From an uncultured Verrucomicrobiae bacterium (GTDB taxonomy: Bacteria; Verrucomicrobiota; Verrucomicrobiia; Palsa-1439), in assembly GCA_963812605.1 (NCBI GenBank), contig CAWEWF010000011.1:9708-73707 (forward strand): a DNA stretch of 64,000 bases. Direction: 5' to 3'. A model generated the notes under the pieces. It ran no database searches, was not told the DNA's origin, and was given only the letters and a program-made list of their open reading frames with translations. Within the stretch, counting starts at the first letter, position 1; every line of letters starts with the position of its first letter. The position numbers and the translations under genes were made by a program. Of the stretch, positions 32,901 through 43,084 are shown piece after piece.

Positions 32901-33756
32901 AGGAATACTCGTTGGCGATCTGCGTCCCCATGCGGAAGGTCGGACGGCAGGGATTGTCGAAGAAGATGCCGTAGACGAACGCGGGCGTGCTGCCGACGGC
33001 AGGTTGCACACCGTAGAAGAAGGGGGTGTTCATGTACATCGGGTTTTGCCCGTCACCCCAATGGTAGGACTGATTGTTCCAGCAAATGATGTTCAGTCCG
33101 CGCCGATTGGATGGCCCGGCGTATTCGCCAAAGCCGAAATACGCCTGGTTCGCCGGCATCAACTTGAGGCATTTGAGTTTCGAACTGCCCGTGGGTAGCG
33201 CCGTGCCGCCCGGCATGGAGTACGTGGGATCAAACTCCATGTGATCGTCCTGCAATAGATAGTAACCGGCGTTTCTGTCCAGGAAATCAACCTTGAACGG
33301 GTTTTTGGTGACGATGACATTGAGCTGCGGAGTCTGGATGAGGTAGTTGGTACCCTGGTCGAGGATCGTCGTCGCGACCGCCACCCAGTTGCTGAACTGC
33401 TGCGCGATCATCGGCTCCTCCTTGCTCCAGAGGCCCGTGAAATGATACCGCACCCGCACGACGTCGGGCGCCCACGGGGTAACTTCCGCGGCGCCGCCCG
33501 TGCTGATGCCAAAGATGTACATGCTGTTGCCCGAGGTTGGATCGTTGCTCACCGTGAGGCTGTTCACGGCGCCGACCTCCGTGACAGCCGCCATGAGGGA
33601 TCGAGTGGAAACGAGGAGCGATGGGATCAACAAAAGAATACAGGCGACGACATGCCTTGGTGGCAGTTTCTGCAGCATCATGGCTCGAAACCTTTCTGGA
33701 ACGTCCTTCTCACACGTAATCGCGCCCGTTAGGTAAATCGCTTTACGAGCATCCAT
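29977..33756 (-). CDS. GH31 glycoside hydrolase with two CBM-like repeats and a C-terminal DxDGDG domain
   Basis: 'IYLDIDY', 'IWNDLSEP', 'WSGD', 'GHDLGGF' and 'FYRNH'; duplicated 'AGTFNGW..FKF.ANG.W..NWG'. Confidence 0.9.
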   Translation of the reverse strand: MDARKAIYLTGAITCEKDVPERFRAMMLQKLPPRHVVACILLLIPSLLVSTRSLMAAVTEVGAVNSLTVSNDPTSGNSMYIFGISTGGAAEVTPWAPDVVRVRYHFTGLWSKEEPMIAQQFSNWVAVATTILDQGTNYLIQTPQLNVIVTKNPFKVDFLDRNAGYYLLQDDHMEFDPTYSMPGGTALPTGSSKLKCLKLMPANQAYFGFGEYAGPSNRRGLNIICWNNQSYHWGDGQNPMYMNTPFFYGVQPAVGSTPAFVYGIFFDNPCRPTFRMGTQIANEYSFEAGDGQMDYFFLGGSTNHTMKSVIDRYSELTGRPTMLPKWAMGYHLGRYSYWDQNWVQYIASTATASNIPLEAIYLDIDYMNYSTDPAHNTIGPLDQLTVNTANYPDPFGMATNAASFGVKLIPLIEPWLEPGDPLYTGASTNLDFIKDNTGAEFTAGIFVGNVSWFDYTSTPFRNRWKAKVMNWMNSFPFGGIWNDLSEPEDSQQIPINGLLWLDGRYGTSNTDTRRQWSNERNYFSLREASSSYDILRTQYPDRRPFVLTRSGFPGVQQYAAGWSGDTVANWYYAQACIRLGVNTMISGQATYGHDLGGFSGSVTGELLTRWHEWGALLPFYRNHSQKGDNVWPDGNQGREPWRFTPWQNSPSADGTDYCSLMRKNIQFRYKLMPYLYTLMRNAAVNGTPMNTPTVFDYYTDVNSYSLNDFDFLCGDYLLAAPIYTQGATTRSVYLPWPSNWYYWPTNTKYGGGNTVTVNAPLGTLPLFVCSGAIIPMGPSMQYANQFMPGYLDLNCWPDGNSSFTLYEDEGEGWNFTNNVFATTTFTSSRTTSNWDFTIGARQGGYNPGRTNYNIYVNNPDTVSDVKLNGSPLSQLPNTNAPAPGWLMTPTGQLEIKIADTAGLQTVHVDWNTGDPYGSMTAAGTFNGWNQALNNMQLVDIRTWQYDASFSGLTNFQFKFAANGGWGTNWGGTTQSQTVPASGTAILNSSTNILVNGMFNGTYRFTFNDQTLAYSVVPLLASPYASMTVAGTFNGWDQTLNNMLLIANDTWQFDADLVGLTNIQFKFTANGAWASNWGENNGSQSQFTVPLAGTGKANSSTNILINGALNGTYRFTFIDTNFAYTVQSLSGDSVGDGIPDWWRAQYFGGAGNNTNSVSCALCDPDGDGMNNLQEYLAGTDPTSAASVFRITAIQASGSDYLVSFTSVRDNTYEVESCDNLSSNVWTLVTNNLAGNNGIIQVTDPGAVSVPQRFYRARLTP

Positions 33757-33834
33757 CTATAAGCCACAACCGCGCCAAGCGCAAGCCATTTCCGGCTGAA
33801 TCAGCCGTACTTGGTGGCGCCAATGATGGATACT

Positions 33835-33863
33835 TGATTTCACTTTCGTCGGCGGGGTAGTAT
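33835..33863 (+). promoter_or_regulatory. Putative sigma70 promoter of hydA
   Basis: TTGATT-17 bp-TAGTAT; AGGAG RBS before ATG 33906. Confidence 0.4.
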
Positions 33864-33905
33864 CGCGTTTGTCAAAGAAAACAGTGCGAGCCCAGGAGAT
33901 TTCCC

Positions 33906-35292
33906 ATGTCACTCCTTATCAAGAATGGCCGAATCGTCACCGCCAGCGAACAATACACCGCGGACATTTATTGCGAAGGCGAACAAATCACCCGCATCGG
34001 CGCCAATCTCGAGCGCGCCTCCCAAAGCCACCGTGATCGACGCGACGGGCAAGTACGTGTTCCCCGGCTTCATCGATCCGCATGTGCACATCTATTTGCC
34101 GTTTATGGGAACGTACGCCAAGGACACGCACGAAACGGCGAGCAAAGCCGCGCTCATCGGCGGCACGACGACGCTGATCGAGATGGTCTGCCCGGCGCGG
34201 GCCCAGCAGCCGCTCGCCGACGGTTTCGAGTTGTGGCTTAACAAGGCCAAGGGCCATTGCGCGTGCGATTTCACCTTCCATCAGGGCGTGGCGCGTTACG
34301 ACAAGGAATGCGAAGACCAACTCACCGAGATCGTCAAGAAAGGCATCGCCAGCTTCAAGATCTTCCTCGCGTACAAGGGCGCGTTCGGCATCAACGACGA
34401 GGAGTTGTACCACACCTTGCGGCTCGCCAAGAAACTCGGTGTCATCACCACCGCCCACTGCGAGAACGCGGACCTCGTCTTCGAACTGCAGAAGAAGCTG
34501 ATCAGCGAAGGCAAGACCGGCACGAAATGGCATTACTGGAGCCGTCCGCCGCAGGTCGAGGCCGAGGGCGTGCATCACCTGATGACCTTCGCCGAAATGC
34601 ACGACGCGCACGTGTACACCGTGCACACCAGTTGCGAAGAATCGCTCAATGAGGCGTTGCGCGGCATGCAGCGCGGCGTGAAGGTCTGGGTCGAGACGCT
34701 CATCCAGTACCTCGTCCTCGACAAGAGCTACGCCGAGCTGCCGAACTTCGAAGGCTCGAAGTTCGTGATGTCGCCGCCGCTCCGCGACAAGAAAAACCAG
34801 GACGTGTACTGGAACGCGCTTCGCCAGCGGTTCGTCAGCACGGTGGCGACCGACCACGCGCCCTTCGATTTCAAGACCCAGAAGCCGATGGGCAAGGACG
34901 ACTTCACCAAAATCCCGAACGGCATCCCGTCGCTCGAAGATCGCGTGAATCTGTTGTACACGCACGGCGTCTGCGAAGGCCGGCTCGACCTGAACACCTT
35001 CGTCAACTGCGCCAGCACCCAGGCCGCCAAACTCTTCGGCCTCTTCCCGCGCAAAGGCTCGATCGCCGCCGGCAGCGATGCCGACCTCGTCGTGTACGAC
35101 CCGAAATATAAAGGCAAGATCTCCGCCAAGACCCAGACGATCAACGTCGACTACAGCGCCTTCGAAGGCTGGCCCATCAAAGGCCGCCCCCACGTCGTGA
35201 CCGTGAGCGGCGAAATCGCCGCCAAAGACGGCAAATTTGTCGGAAACACCAAGCGCGGCCAACTCCTCAAACGCGACCCGACGCATTTTTAA
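33906..35292 (+). CDS. hydA: Dihydropyrimidinase; 1-nt frameshift near 34010
   Basis: 'MSLLIKNGRIV' joins 'PGFIDPHVH'; 'SFKIF', 'HCEN' and 'ATDHAPF' motifs. Confidence 0.9.
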
Positions 35293-35336
35293 ACGGATTG
35301 TGTACGGACTTGTCCGAATGCTAAAGTAATTCTGCT

Positions 35337-35519
35337 ATGAAGACCATTTCACCGGCTAAGGCCTTGAAATTTAGCGGCGTTGCCGGCGTGCCAGAATCCA
35401 TGAGTCTGACGAAAGCTCAAAAGGAAGAGTTGGACCGCCGCCTTGAGGAATACCGTAAAAATGCGCAAGCCGGTTCCCCGTGGTCGGAGGTGAAGAAGAG
35501 AATTCAGGCGAGCAGATGA
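35337..35519 (+). CDS. Addiction-module antitoxin-like protein (TIGR02574-like)
   Basis: 'LTKAQKEELDRRLEEY...WSEVKKRI'. Confidence 0.75.
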   Translation: MKTISPAKALKFSGVAGVPESMSLTKAQKEELDRRLEEYRKNAQAGSPWSEVKKRIQASR

Positions 35520-35563
35520 ATCACCGTTGAGTGATTCGTCCCGTGGCTGAGTCTGAATTGTCA

Positions 35564-36310
35564 ATGGGAACCAATCAGGCGAACACCCGAATGCAGAAGC
35601 CATCAAGAGAGTCTATCATTGCTGCTTACAATGATCTTGTCGCAGAGAAAGGTGGCAAGGTTATCGGTGAGGGTGTCTTCACGAAGGAGTCCCACTTTTC
35701 CCGCTATTACTGGCACGGGGGTTTCTGGCGGTCATGGTCCGCATTTCAGGCAGATGCTGGACACACGCCAAACGAGCCGAATCAAAAGACCGAGGACGAA
35801 ACGCTTTTACAGCGCTTCGCCGAATTAGCTCTGGATCGAAAAGAGGTTCCCACAGAACCGGACCTAGTTCTGAAGCGAAAAGAAGATCCTTCTTTCCCGT
35901 CAAAAGGCTGCTTTCGTAGGTGGGGCAGTCGAGAATCGCTCTTATCGAAACTCGGTGAGTATTGCGAAGGAAAACCACAGTTCAAAGTGGTTTCTGATCT
36001 CTTAAAACAGGGTATCTCCGTTAACTTGGATCGCCGTCTCGATTCACTACAAATTAGGGGCTTCGTATACCTGCTTCGCTACGGCAAATATTACAAGCTA
36101 GGTCGTACGAATGCGGTAGGCCGTCGTCTCCGGGAACTTGCAATCCAGTTACCGAAAAAACCAGACACAGTGCATGTCATTGAAACAGACGATCCCGAGG
36201 GCATCGAACAGTACTGGCATCGCCGCTTTGCAGAAAAACGTCAAGAGGGGGAGTGGTTCGCTCTCTCCTCAGAAGAAGTGAAAGCGTTCAAGAAGCGGAA
36301 ATTCCAGTAG
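35564..36310 (+). CDS. GIY-YIG (T5orf172/MUG113-like) nuclease with N-terminal helical repeats
   Basis: 'GFVYLL...YKLGRT', 'IEQYWHRRF' and 'GEWF'; low GC. Confidence 0.85.
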   Translation: MGTNQANTRMQKPSRESIIAAYNDLVAEKGGKVIGEGVFTKESHFSRYYWHGGFWRSWSAFQADAGHTPNEPNQKTEDETLLQRFAELALDRKEVPTEPDLVLKRKEDPSFPSKGCFRRWGSRESLLSKLGEYCEGKPQFKVVSDLLKQGISVNLDRRLDSLQIRGFVYLLRYGKYYKLGRTNAVGRRLRELAIQLPKKPDTVHVIETDDPEGIEQYWHRRFAEKRQEGEWFALSSEEVKAFKKRKFQ

Positions 36311-36389
36311 TTCCATTTGGCTGTCTTTTTGGTTTCAGTTTTTCTGCTGCTTCTCTTGCTCGCTGAAGCGGGCTGTGATAGGTTGCTTC

Positions 36390-36538
36390 GTGATTCGAAA
36401 GCTTAAATCAGGCAAGTATCGCCTGTACTCGCGCAAGAAGAACCCGAAGACGGGGAGGCGGCGGAATCTTGGGACATTTAGTTCCCGAGCGCCGCGCAGA
36501 AGCACGAACGCGCAGTGCAGTATTTCAAAAGACATTAG
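36390..36538 (+). CDS. Small basic hypothetical protein; 1-nt frameshift near 36490
   Basis: VIRKLKSGKYRLYSRKKNPKTGRRRNLGTF...HERAVQYFKRH*. Confidence 0.6.
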
Positions 36539-37182
36539 GCACACTGGGAACCATTGTGACGTGGCGTGCCGCGCAGCAGGTGTTACTCTTATATCGGTAA
36601 TTGATAATTTGCTGGACAAGGTGTGCTGGGATGGGTATGGTCGGCGCAAAGGACATGAACGGTGAAAGGCAGAAGAGTGAAGAGTGAAGGGCAATGGGCG
36701 ATCTTTTTAATGAACGACGCGGCGCGATACCTAAATGGCAGGCATTGCACTGTACAATCGGAAGGCAGCACGGCGACAGAGCGCCGCGGCTAAAGGGAAA
36801 GAGTACAGGCGGGAGCCTACTTCGCGAAGACGCTACGAAGGCCAGGCTGCCTGTTCAACTCGAAAGCGGAAAGACACGGGCGGGACGCCCGCGCCACTAT
36901 CGGGAAAAAAGAGGCTGGAAAATATGTGTTTCTGCGAAACGAACCCCCCAGTTAAGTCGCGATTTGATAGAAGTTTATGAGAATGGGGTCGCGACTTTGG
37001 CTGGGTTGTTTCCCGGCATTTGCCCGATGAGTTCGCGAACGAGACAAGGCAGGCGAGATGGATGGTGAAGGCCCGGTCTTTTTCCTTTGCTCTCGCTGGC
37101 GCGCCGCATATAATTCGTTGACAGGGCGAGGGCAGTTGCGAACCCCGTCCAATGGGCCGCGCGAATCGGAGAATATCCATCA

Positions 37183-38616
37183 ATGATTAAGAATCTTGCC
37201 CCGAAGTTGACCGACGCGGAGTACGAGAAGAATTTTGCCGACATCAATCCGCCGTTCGCGCCCCACAACTCGAAGATCGAGGCCAACCGCTGCCTGTACT
37301 GCTTCGACGCGCCGTGCACGCGCGCCTGTCCGACGCATATCGACATTCCCGCGTTCATCAAGAAGATCGCCACGGGCAACATGCGCGGCAGCGCGAAGGA
37401 AATTCTCGATGCCAACATTCTCGGCATGAGCTGCGGGCGGATTTGTCCCGTTGATTCGCTGTGCGAAGGCGCGTGCGTCTACAACGAGCGCGACACCGAG
37501 GCGATTGAGATCGGCCGGCTCCAGCGTTACTCGATCGATTGGTTTTACGAGAACTGGGACAAGACGAAGCAGATGTTCAAGGCGGGCAAGTCCAACGGGA
37601 AAAAAGTCGCCTGCATCGGCGGCGGACCCGCGAGCCTTTCCGCGGCCTTTTACCTCGCGCAACTCGGCTATGCGGTCACGATTTACGACAAGAACGACAA
37701 GCCCGGCGGCCTGAATACGTACGGCATCGCGCGCTACAAGATGTCCGCCGAAGAAGCGCTCAAGGAAGTGAAGCTCGTCGAGCACGTCGGCGTGAAATTC
37801 AAACAGAAATGCGAAGTCGGCAAGGACGTGGCCATCGACAAGCTCACGAAGGACAACGACGCCATTTTCGTCGGCGTCGGCCTCGGGCAGACCGAAGACC
37901 TCGGGATTCCCGGCGAAGATTTACCCGGCGTGGTGGACGCCATCACGTTCATTGACGAACTCAAGCACAACAAGCTGCGCGATGTGCGGGTCGGCCGCCG
38001 CGTCGCGGTCATTGGCGCGGGAAATACTTCCGTGGACGCCGCCACGCAGTCGAAGCGGCTCGGCGCGGAGATGGTCATGGTGCTGTACCGCCGCACGGAA
38101 GCGGAGATGCCCGCGTACGATTACGAGTACGAGATCGCCAAGAAGGACGGCTGCGTTTACTACTTCCTCACGGCGCCGAAACGCATCGTCGGCAAAGGCG
38201 CCGTCGAAGGCATTGAATGCGTCCGCATGAAACTCGGCAAGCCCGACGCGTCGGGACGGCCGTCGCCCGAGCCGATTGCCGGGAGCGAATTCGTCCTCGA
38301 ATGCGACATGGTGATCAAGTCGCTCGGGCAGAAGAAGCAGGGTGAGTTTGCCCAGAAAGTGCTCGGCTTGAAAACCGACAATCGCGGCCGCATTACGGTT
38401 GACGAAATCACCATGCAGACCAGCAATCCGAAATTTTACGCGGGTGGCGATTGCGTCAATGGCGGCCGCGAAGTGGTCAACGCCGTGGCGCACGGCAAAC
38501 GCGCCGCGTGGGCGATCCACAAAAAACTGTCGGGCGAGGACATCGACCTGGATGGTTTGTGGAAAAATGAAACCATCCGCCGCAACGCGAATACGGCTGA
38601 GCACCAGTATGCGTGA
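37183..38616 (+). CDS. preT: Dihydropyrimidine dehydrogenase subunit PreT
   Basis: 'RCLYCFDAPC..ACP' and 'CGRICP..LCE'; FAD/NADPH motifs; adjacent to preA. Confidence 0.9.
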   Translation: MIKNLAPKLTDAEYEKNFADINPPFAPHNSKIEANRCLYCFDAPCTRACPTHIDIPAFIKKIATGNMRGSAKEILDANILGMSCGRICPVDSLCEGACVYNERDTEAIEIGRLQRYSIDWFYENWDKTKQMFKAGKSNGKKVACIGGGPASLSAAFYLAQLGYAVTIYDKNDKPGGLNTYGIARYKMSAEEALKEVKLVEHVGVKFKQKCEVGKDVAIDKLTKDNDAIFVGVGLGQTEDLGIPGEDLPGVVDAITFIDELKHNKLRDVRVGRRVAVIGAGNTSVDAATQSKRLGAEMVMVLYRRTEAEMPAYDYEYEIAKKDGCVYYFLTAPKRIVGKGAVEGIECVRMKLGKPDASGRPSPEPIAGSEFVLECDMVIKSLGQKKQGEFAQKVLGLKTDNRGRITVDEITMQTSNPKFYAGGDCVNGGREVVNAVAHGKRAAWAIHKKLSGEDIDLDGLWKNETIRRNANTAEHQYA

Positions 38617-38619
38617 ATG

Positions 38620-38755
38620 GCGAAAATCCGAATTTCGAAATATGAAACAAGCTCGAATGTTAGAAATCCCAAATACCACGGCGACTGCGAGACAACTCTT
38701 TGAAATTCGATTTTCGAATTTGATTCGTGCTTCGGTTTTTGAATTTCGGATTTAG
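38620..38755. repeat. Heptamer-based inverted-repeat element (AAATCCG/AATTTCG units)
   Basis: Homologous copy at about 51007-51155. Confidence 0.8.
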
Positions 38756-38765
38756 AAAGGAAGTC

Positions 38766-40055
38766 ATGGCAGATTTAAGCATCAATTGCGGCGGCATCAA
38801 ATCACCCAACCCGTTCTGGCTCGCCAGCGCGCCGCCGACCAACAGCGGCGGCCAGATCCAGCGCGCGTTCGACCTGGGGTGGGGCGGCGCCGTGTGGAAA
38901 ACGCTCGGCGAAACCATCATCAACGTCAACTCCCGCTTCTGGTCCCTCGACTACGGCTCGACCCGCATGATGGGCCTGAACAATATCGAGCTCATCACCG
39001 CGCGTCCTTGGGACACCAACATTCGCGAGATCAAGGAAACGAAAAAGAAGTATCCCAAGAACGCCGTCATTGTCTCGATGATGATCGAATCGAAGCAAGA
39101 GGCGTGGCACAAGGCCGTCAAGGAAGTTAATGACACGGGTTGCGACGGCATCGAGTTGAATTTCGGTTGCCCGCACGGGATGAGCGAACGCGGCATGGGC
39201 AGCGCCGTCGGCCAGGTGCCCGAGTACACGAAGATGATTACCGAATGGGTGAAGGAAGTCGCCGAAGTTCCCGTGCTGGTGAAGTTGACGCCGAACATCA
39301 GCAACGTCGCCGTCGTCGGGCGCGCGGCCGCCGCCGGCAAAGCCGACGGCATTTCGTTGATCAATACCATCAACTCGATCATGGGCATCAACCTCGACAA
39401 TTTCGCGCCGTACCCGAGCGTGGACGGCAAAGGCAGCCATGGCGGTTACTGCGGCCCCGCCGTCAAGCCCATCGCGCTCAACATGGTCAGCGCGATTGCC
39501 AAGGACGCGGAGATCGGCATTCCCGTTTCGGGCATCGGCGGCATCACGACCTGGCAGGATGCCGTGGAGTTCATGGTGCTCGGCGCGACGAGCGTGCAGG
39601 TCTGCACGGCGGTGATGCATTACGGCTACCGCATCGTCGAGGACATGATCGACGGGCTCTCGAACTGGATGGATGAGAAGGGCTATAAGAAGTGCACCGA
39701 CTTCATCGGCAAGGCGCTGCCGAACATCAAGGACTGGAGCGACCTTAACCTCAATTACAAACTCGTCGCCCGCATCAATGCCGATCTCTGCATCGGCTGC
39801 GAACTCTGCCACGTCGCCGCGTGGGACGGGTCACACCAGTGCATCGACCTCGAAATGGGCAACGGCCACCGCGTGCCGGTCATCAACGATCCCGAATGCG
39901 TCGGCTGCAATCTCTGCATGCTCGTCTGTCCCGTCGACGGCTGCATTCAAATGGTCGAGGTCGAAACCGGCAAGAAGTCGATGTCCTGGCGCCAATACCA
40001 GGCGGAACTCGGAAAGAACCCGAAGTGCGAGCCGCCCGGTTACATTGAGCACTAG
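38766..40055 (+). CDS. preA: Dihydropyrimidine dehydrogenase subunit PreA
   Basis: 'NPFWLASAPP', 'NNIELI', 'ELNFGCPHGMSERGMG' and 'KLTPN'; C-terminal 4Fe-4S motifs. Confidence 0.95.
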   Translation: MADLSINCGGIKSPNPFWLASAPPTNSGGQIQRAFDLGWGGAVWKTLGETIINVNSRFWSLDYGSTRMMGLNNIELITARPWDTNIREIKETKKKYPKNAVIVSMMIESKQEAWHKAVKEVNDTGCDGIELNFGCPHGMSERGMGSAVGQVPEYTKMITEWVKEVAEVPVLVKLTPNISNVAVVGRAAAAGKADGISLINTINSIMGINLDNFAPYPSVDGKGSHGGYCGPAVKPIALNMVSAIAKDAEIGIPVSGIGGITTWQDAVEFMVLGATSVQVCTAVMHYGYRIVEDMIDGLSNWMDEKGYKKCTDFIGKALPNIKDWSDLNLNYKLVARINADLCIGCELCHVAAWDGSHQCIDLEMGNGHRVPVINDPECVGCNLCMLVCPVDGCIQMVEVETGKKSMSWRQYQAELGKNPKCEPPGYIEH

Positions 40056-40107
40056 AACTCATCATACAAATGGTGGATAGGCCGCTGTGCCTGTCAAAAC
40101 CCATCGA

Positions 40108-40132
40108 CACAGGCAGGGACGCCTGTGCCACC
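40108..40132. repeat. GGTGGC-type REP hairpin (CACAGGCAGGGACGCCTGTGCCACC)
   Basis: Identical copy at 57640-57664; intragenic relatives at 5795, 6218 and 13806. Confidence 0.85.
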
Positions 40133-40159
40133 AAAGGTTTATGAGACTACTTCCAGTGC

Positions 40160-41605
40160 TTACTCGTAGACGTAACGGTTGAAGGTGCCGCGGGCCACGG
40201 TCGAGATCTTCACTTCCTCACCCCAGGCTGTCTCGACTTTGTCGTTCGCGGGTGCGGCGAGGATGTGTTTGCCGCCGCAGTTTACGACCGCGACCGTGTA
40301 AGCACCTTCGGGACTGCCCACTTGCGGGTAGACCGTCGTGGAAACTTCCAGGACTCCCTGCGGCAGCCGGGGCTTGTGCGGCTCGTTGTTGTGCGGGAGC
40401 GGCTCGGGCTGCCAGCGGCGAAAATGATGGCGATAGCGGCGGTTGCCGACCTTGTCGAGCACCGTGACGGCGATGTTGTTGCCGGGTCCGCCGATGCTGT
40501 GGCAGATGGCGACCTTCGCTTTTTTCACCTGCAACCCGGCCGGCGCTTCCCCGCGCAGTTGCCGGCAAGCTTCGATGATTTTGATCAAGCCAGTGCCGCC
40601 CAGCGCGTGCAGGTCTTTCAGTCCACCGGAGATGTTCGTCGGGATTGCGCCATCGCGTTCCAGCGTTCCTTTCTCGATCGCCTTGAGGGCTTCCGCATGC
40701 GTGAAGATGCCCAAGTCGACGAGGTTCAGCAAAAAGAGCGGCCCGAACGCATCATGCTGTTCGATGATCAGTCCGCTCAAGTCCTGTGGATGAAGAATAC
40801 CTGCCTGCTTATAGGCTTTGCGCGCGGCCCAGCGCGTAGCTTCGAGGTGATCGATGTAGTAGCGGTCGAAAATGCGCGAGCCATCCACCGCATGCCCGAC
40901 GCCGGAAATCTCGATGTCGCTCTCCTTACTGGTGACCAGGATCGCGCCGGCGGCGTCGCTCGTGGGACAGGAATCGAACACGTGCAGCGGCGTCGCGACG
41001 GGAGGGTTCCGCACCGGGTCGCGATACTCGGCGGCCGTGATTCCCTTGCCGGAGAATTGCGCGTCCGGATTGGCCGCCGCGTAGCGATAGGCGCGAATGG
41101 CGATCTTTTCCAGCAAGGCCTTGAAGTCCGGCGACGATACCTTGTTGACCCGCGCGTATTCCAGCGAGATCAACGCGATTGCCGATGGCATGGTCAGCCC
41201 GCAAGCGCGATCGATCGGATCGACCACCTCGCCGATGATTCGCGAGCGCTCGTCGCGTAGCACGGCGCTCATCTTCTCGCCGCCGACGGCGAGCACGCGT
41301 TTGCACCGCCCGCTCGCGACGGCGTCGAACGCGCGCAATAGCGCGGTGTGGCCGTTGGAAGCGGTCTCGACGCGTTCGGCTTCCGCGCCGCGCAAACCGA
41401 GACGGTCGGCGACCTTGGTGGCGATATTGCCTTCGCCGGTGAAGGAAGAAATGTTCTGGACGGAGACGAAGACGCCGTCGATCCGGCTCGGGTCAACCTT
41501 GGAAAGAATCTTCTGGGCCGGCTCACAGAGGAGGTCAACCAGCGACAAATCCGTCTTCTTATACGCCTTGGTGCGTTCCGCCTGCTGGATATAGACCTTC
41601 ATCAT
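40160..41605 (-). CDS. Thiolase-like protein (SCP-x/archaeal type) with short C-terminal extension
   Basis: 'PLHVFDSCPTSDAAGA', 'HDAF', 'NISGGLK' and 'HSIGG'. Confidence 0.8.
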   Translation of the reverse strand: MMKVYIQQAERTKAYKKTDLSLVDLLCEPAQKILSKVDPSRIDGVFVSVQNISSFTGEGNIATKVADRLGLRGAEAERVETASNGHTALLRAFDAVASGRCKRVLAVGGEKMSAVLRDERSRIIGEVVDPIDRACGLTMPSAIALISLEYARVNKVSSPDFKALLEKIAIRAYRYAAANPDAQFSGKGITAAEYRDPVRNPPVATPLHVFDSCPTSDAAGAILVTSKESDIEISGVGHAVDGSRIFDRYYIDHLEATRWAARKAYKQAGILHPQDLSGLIIEQHDAFGPLFLLNLVDLGIFTHAEALKAIEKGTLERDGAIPTNISGGLKDLHALGGTGLIKIIEACRQLRGEAPAGLQVKKAKVAICHSIGGPGNNIAVTVLDKVGNRRYRHHFRRWQPEPLPHNNEPHKPRLPQGVLEVSTTVYPQVGSPEGAYTVAVVNCGGKHILAAPANDKVETAWGEEVKISTVARGTFNRYVYE

Positions 41606-41698
41606 CCCCCTTTCCCCAAAGCACCTCCAGTGCCGAACGTCCTCTCACTGGGCGAGATTCTACCCTCTTTTGCAAGCAGCCTGCAATAAAAAGGCTTA

Positions 41699-41926
41699 AT
41701 GATCAGCATGGAACCGATCAAAGACAAACAGAAGACGCTCGCTGTCGCGGAAACCAAGGAAGTCCGGCGACTGTGCCGCGAAGCGGGTGTGTTGGTCGGC
41801 GCCGGCGGCACCTTCGCCAACGTCATCCGCCTCCAGCCACCCCTGACGCTGACCGCCGCCGAAGCCGACCGGGTTTGCGACGTGGTTAGCGATGCGGTGA
41901 GCAAGGTGGCTGGCGCGATGGAGTAG
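41699..41926 (+). pseudogene. C-terminal fragment of a class III aminotransferase
   Basis: 'CREAGVLVGAGGTFANVIRLQPPL' with no N-terminal part. Confidence 0.7.
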
Positions 41927-41949
41927 GACGCCGGTAGTAGCGACGGAAT

Positions 41950-42447
41950 ATGGATAACGCTCTATCCAACGACCAAATCCGAGCATGGATTGACGATCTT
42001 GTTGCCAAACTTGGCATTAAGGAACAATGCGATTGGAAGGAGTACGACTCACTCCTACAACGTGGAAAAACTAAGGAATGCGTCGAGGGCATCGCATCGT
42101 ATCTGGGGCTGCCCATCGCGATTGATTTCGCATACGTAGCGAACAACCCAAAGACTGGCGACAAAAACCGGTTCGAGAGCGACGGCTTGGTGAAAACCGA
42201 CTGGAGAGGTCGTGGAGTCGATGGCATCACAGCACAGGTGTCGATACCGGAACGGCTGCCTTTATACGGCAGTTCAAGCCTTAAGAATTATCCAATCCGA
42301 GTAAGGGTCAGCAAGAACTGCGGTCAAAATCCCGATTCGTTCATTGCAGTGATGGCGCACGAGCTATCTCACATAGTGCTAGCTTCACTTTACCACCCAG
42401 AAAAGGATAACTACATTAGCGTGCGAGCTTCGCGGTTCATCTCGTAG
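41950..42447 (+). CDS. Hypothetical HExxH protein, likely truncated
   Basis: 'MAHELSH' near the end; low GC; overlaps a convergent gene. Confidence 0.55.
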   Translation: MDNALSNDQIRAWIDDLVAKLGIKEQCDWKEYDSLLQRGKTKECVEGIASYLGLPIAIDFAYVANNPKTGDKNRFESDGLVKTDWRGRGVDGITAQVSIPERLPLYGSSSLKNYPIRVRVSKNCGQNPDSFIAVMAHELSHIVLASLYHPEKDNYISVRASRFIS

Positions 42448-43084
42448 CATGTCCTCACGTATTCCGCCGGAACCGGGACGAGATTCCTTTGTGAAGTCTC
42501 CGCCACAAAGAGGAAGTTGATAGCTGGGCCTCGCGTCCCAATCATTAGCTTCCCGAGACGAACCCAAGCTGGCCAAAGAAGATTCCCCATCACCGCGCGG
42601 CGCAATGCGTTGACGCATATGTGAGGACAATATCTCGAATGTGACAATCAACGAGTTCACCCATCAGGAAGAACTGTATGTAAAGTTGCGGCGATAAGTT
42701 TGCCAGTTGCCTGCTGACGTTGTGTAACTGATTGATCATACTTGGCTGGTGTTTTTCAGTCAGGTGCGCGAGCAACTGTTCTGCCTGTAGTCGCCGGTGT
42801 GTTATTACTTCAGATTCGGAAACACAGCCGAGGTCGGTTGGGCAAACGTGGAATACTGCGCCTAGTTGCTCCAACAGCTCGATAAACTCCATGATCTGAC
42901 TTTCGCCAAGCCTACCCCCCTTGACTTCCTTCCTGCCGTATCCCCACTTGTGCTTCAGTGCGATAAAGCGCTGCTCAAAATCAGAATGAAGTTCTTCCGC
43001 AATGGTCAGAGCACCGACGCAGCTAATACTGTGTTGGCCAAGTTGAGGAACAAAGACTCCGGATTCGTCGATATAAACAACCAT
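42385..43084 (-). CDS. DUF3800-like protein; frameshift near 42640
   Basis: N-terminal 'VYIDESG' and 'EVKG'. Confidence 0.65.
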
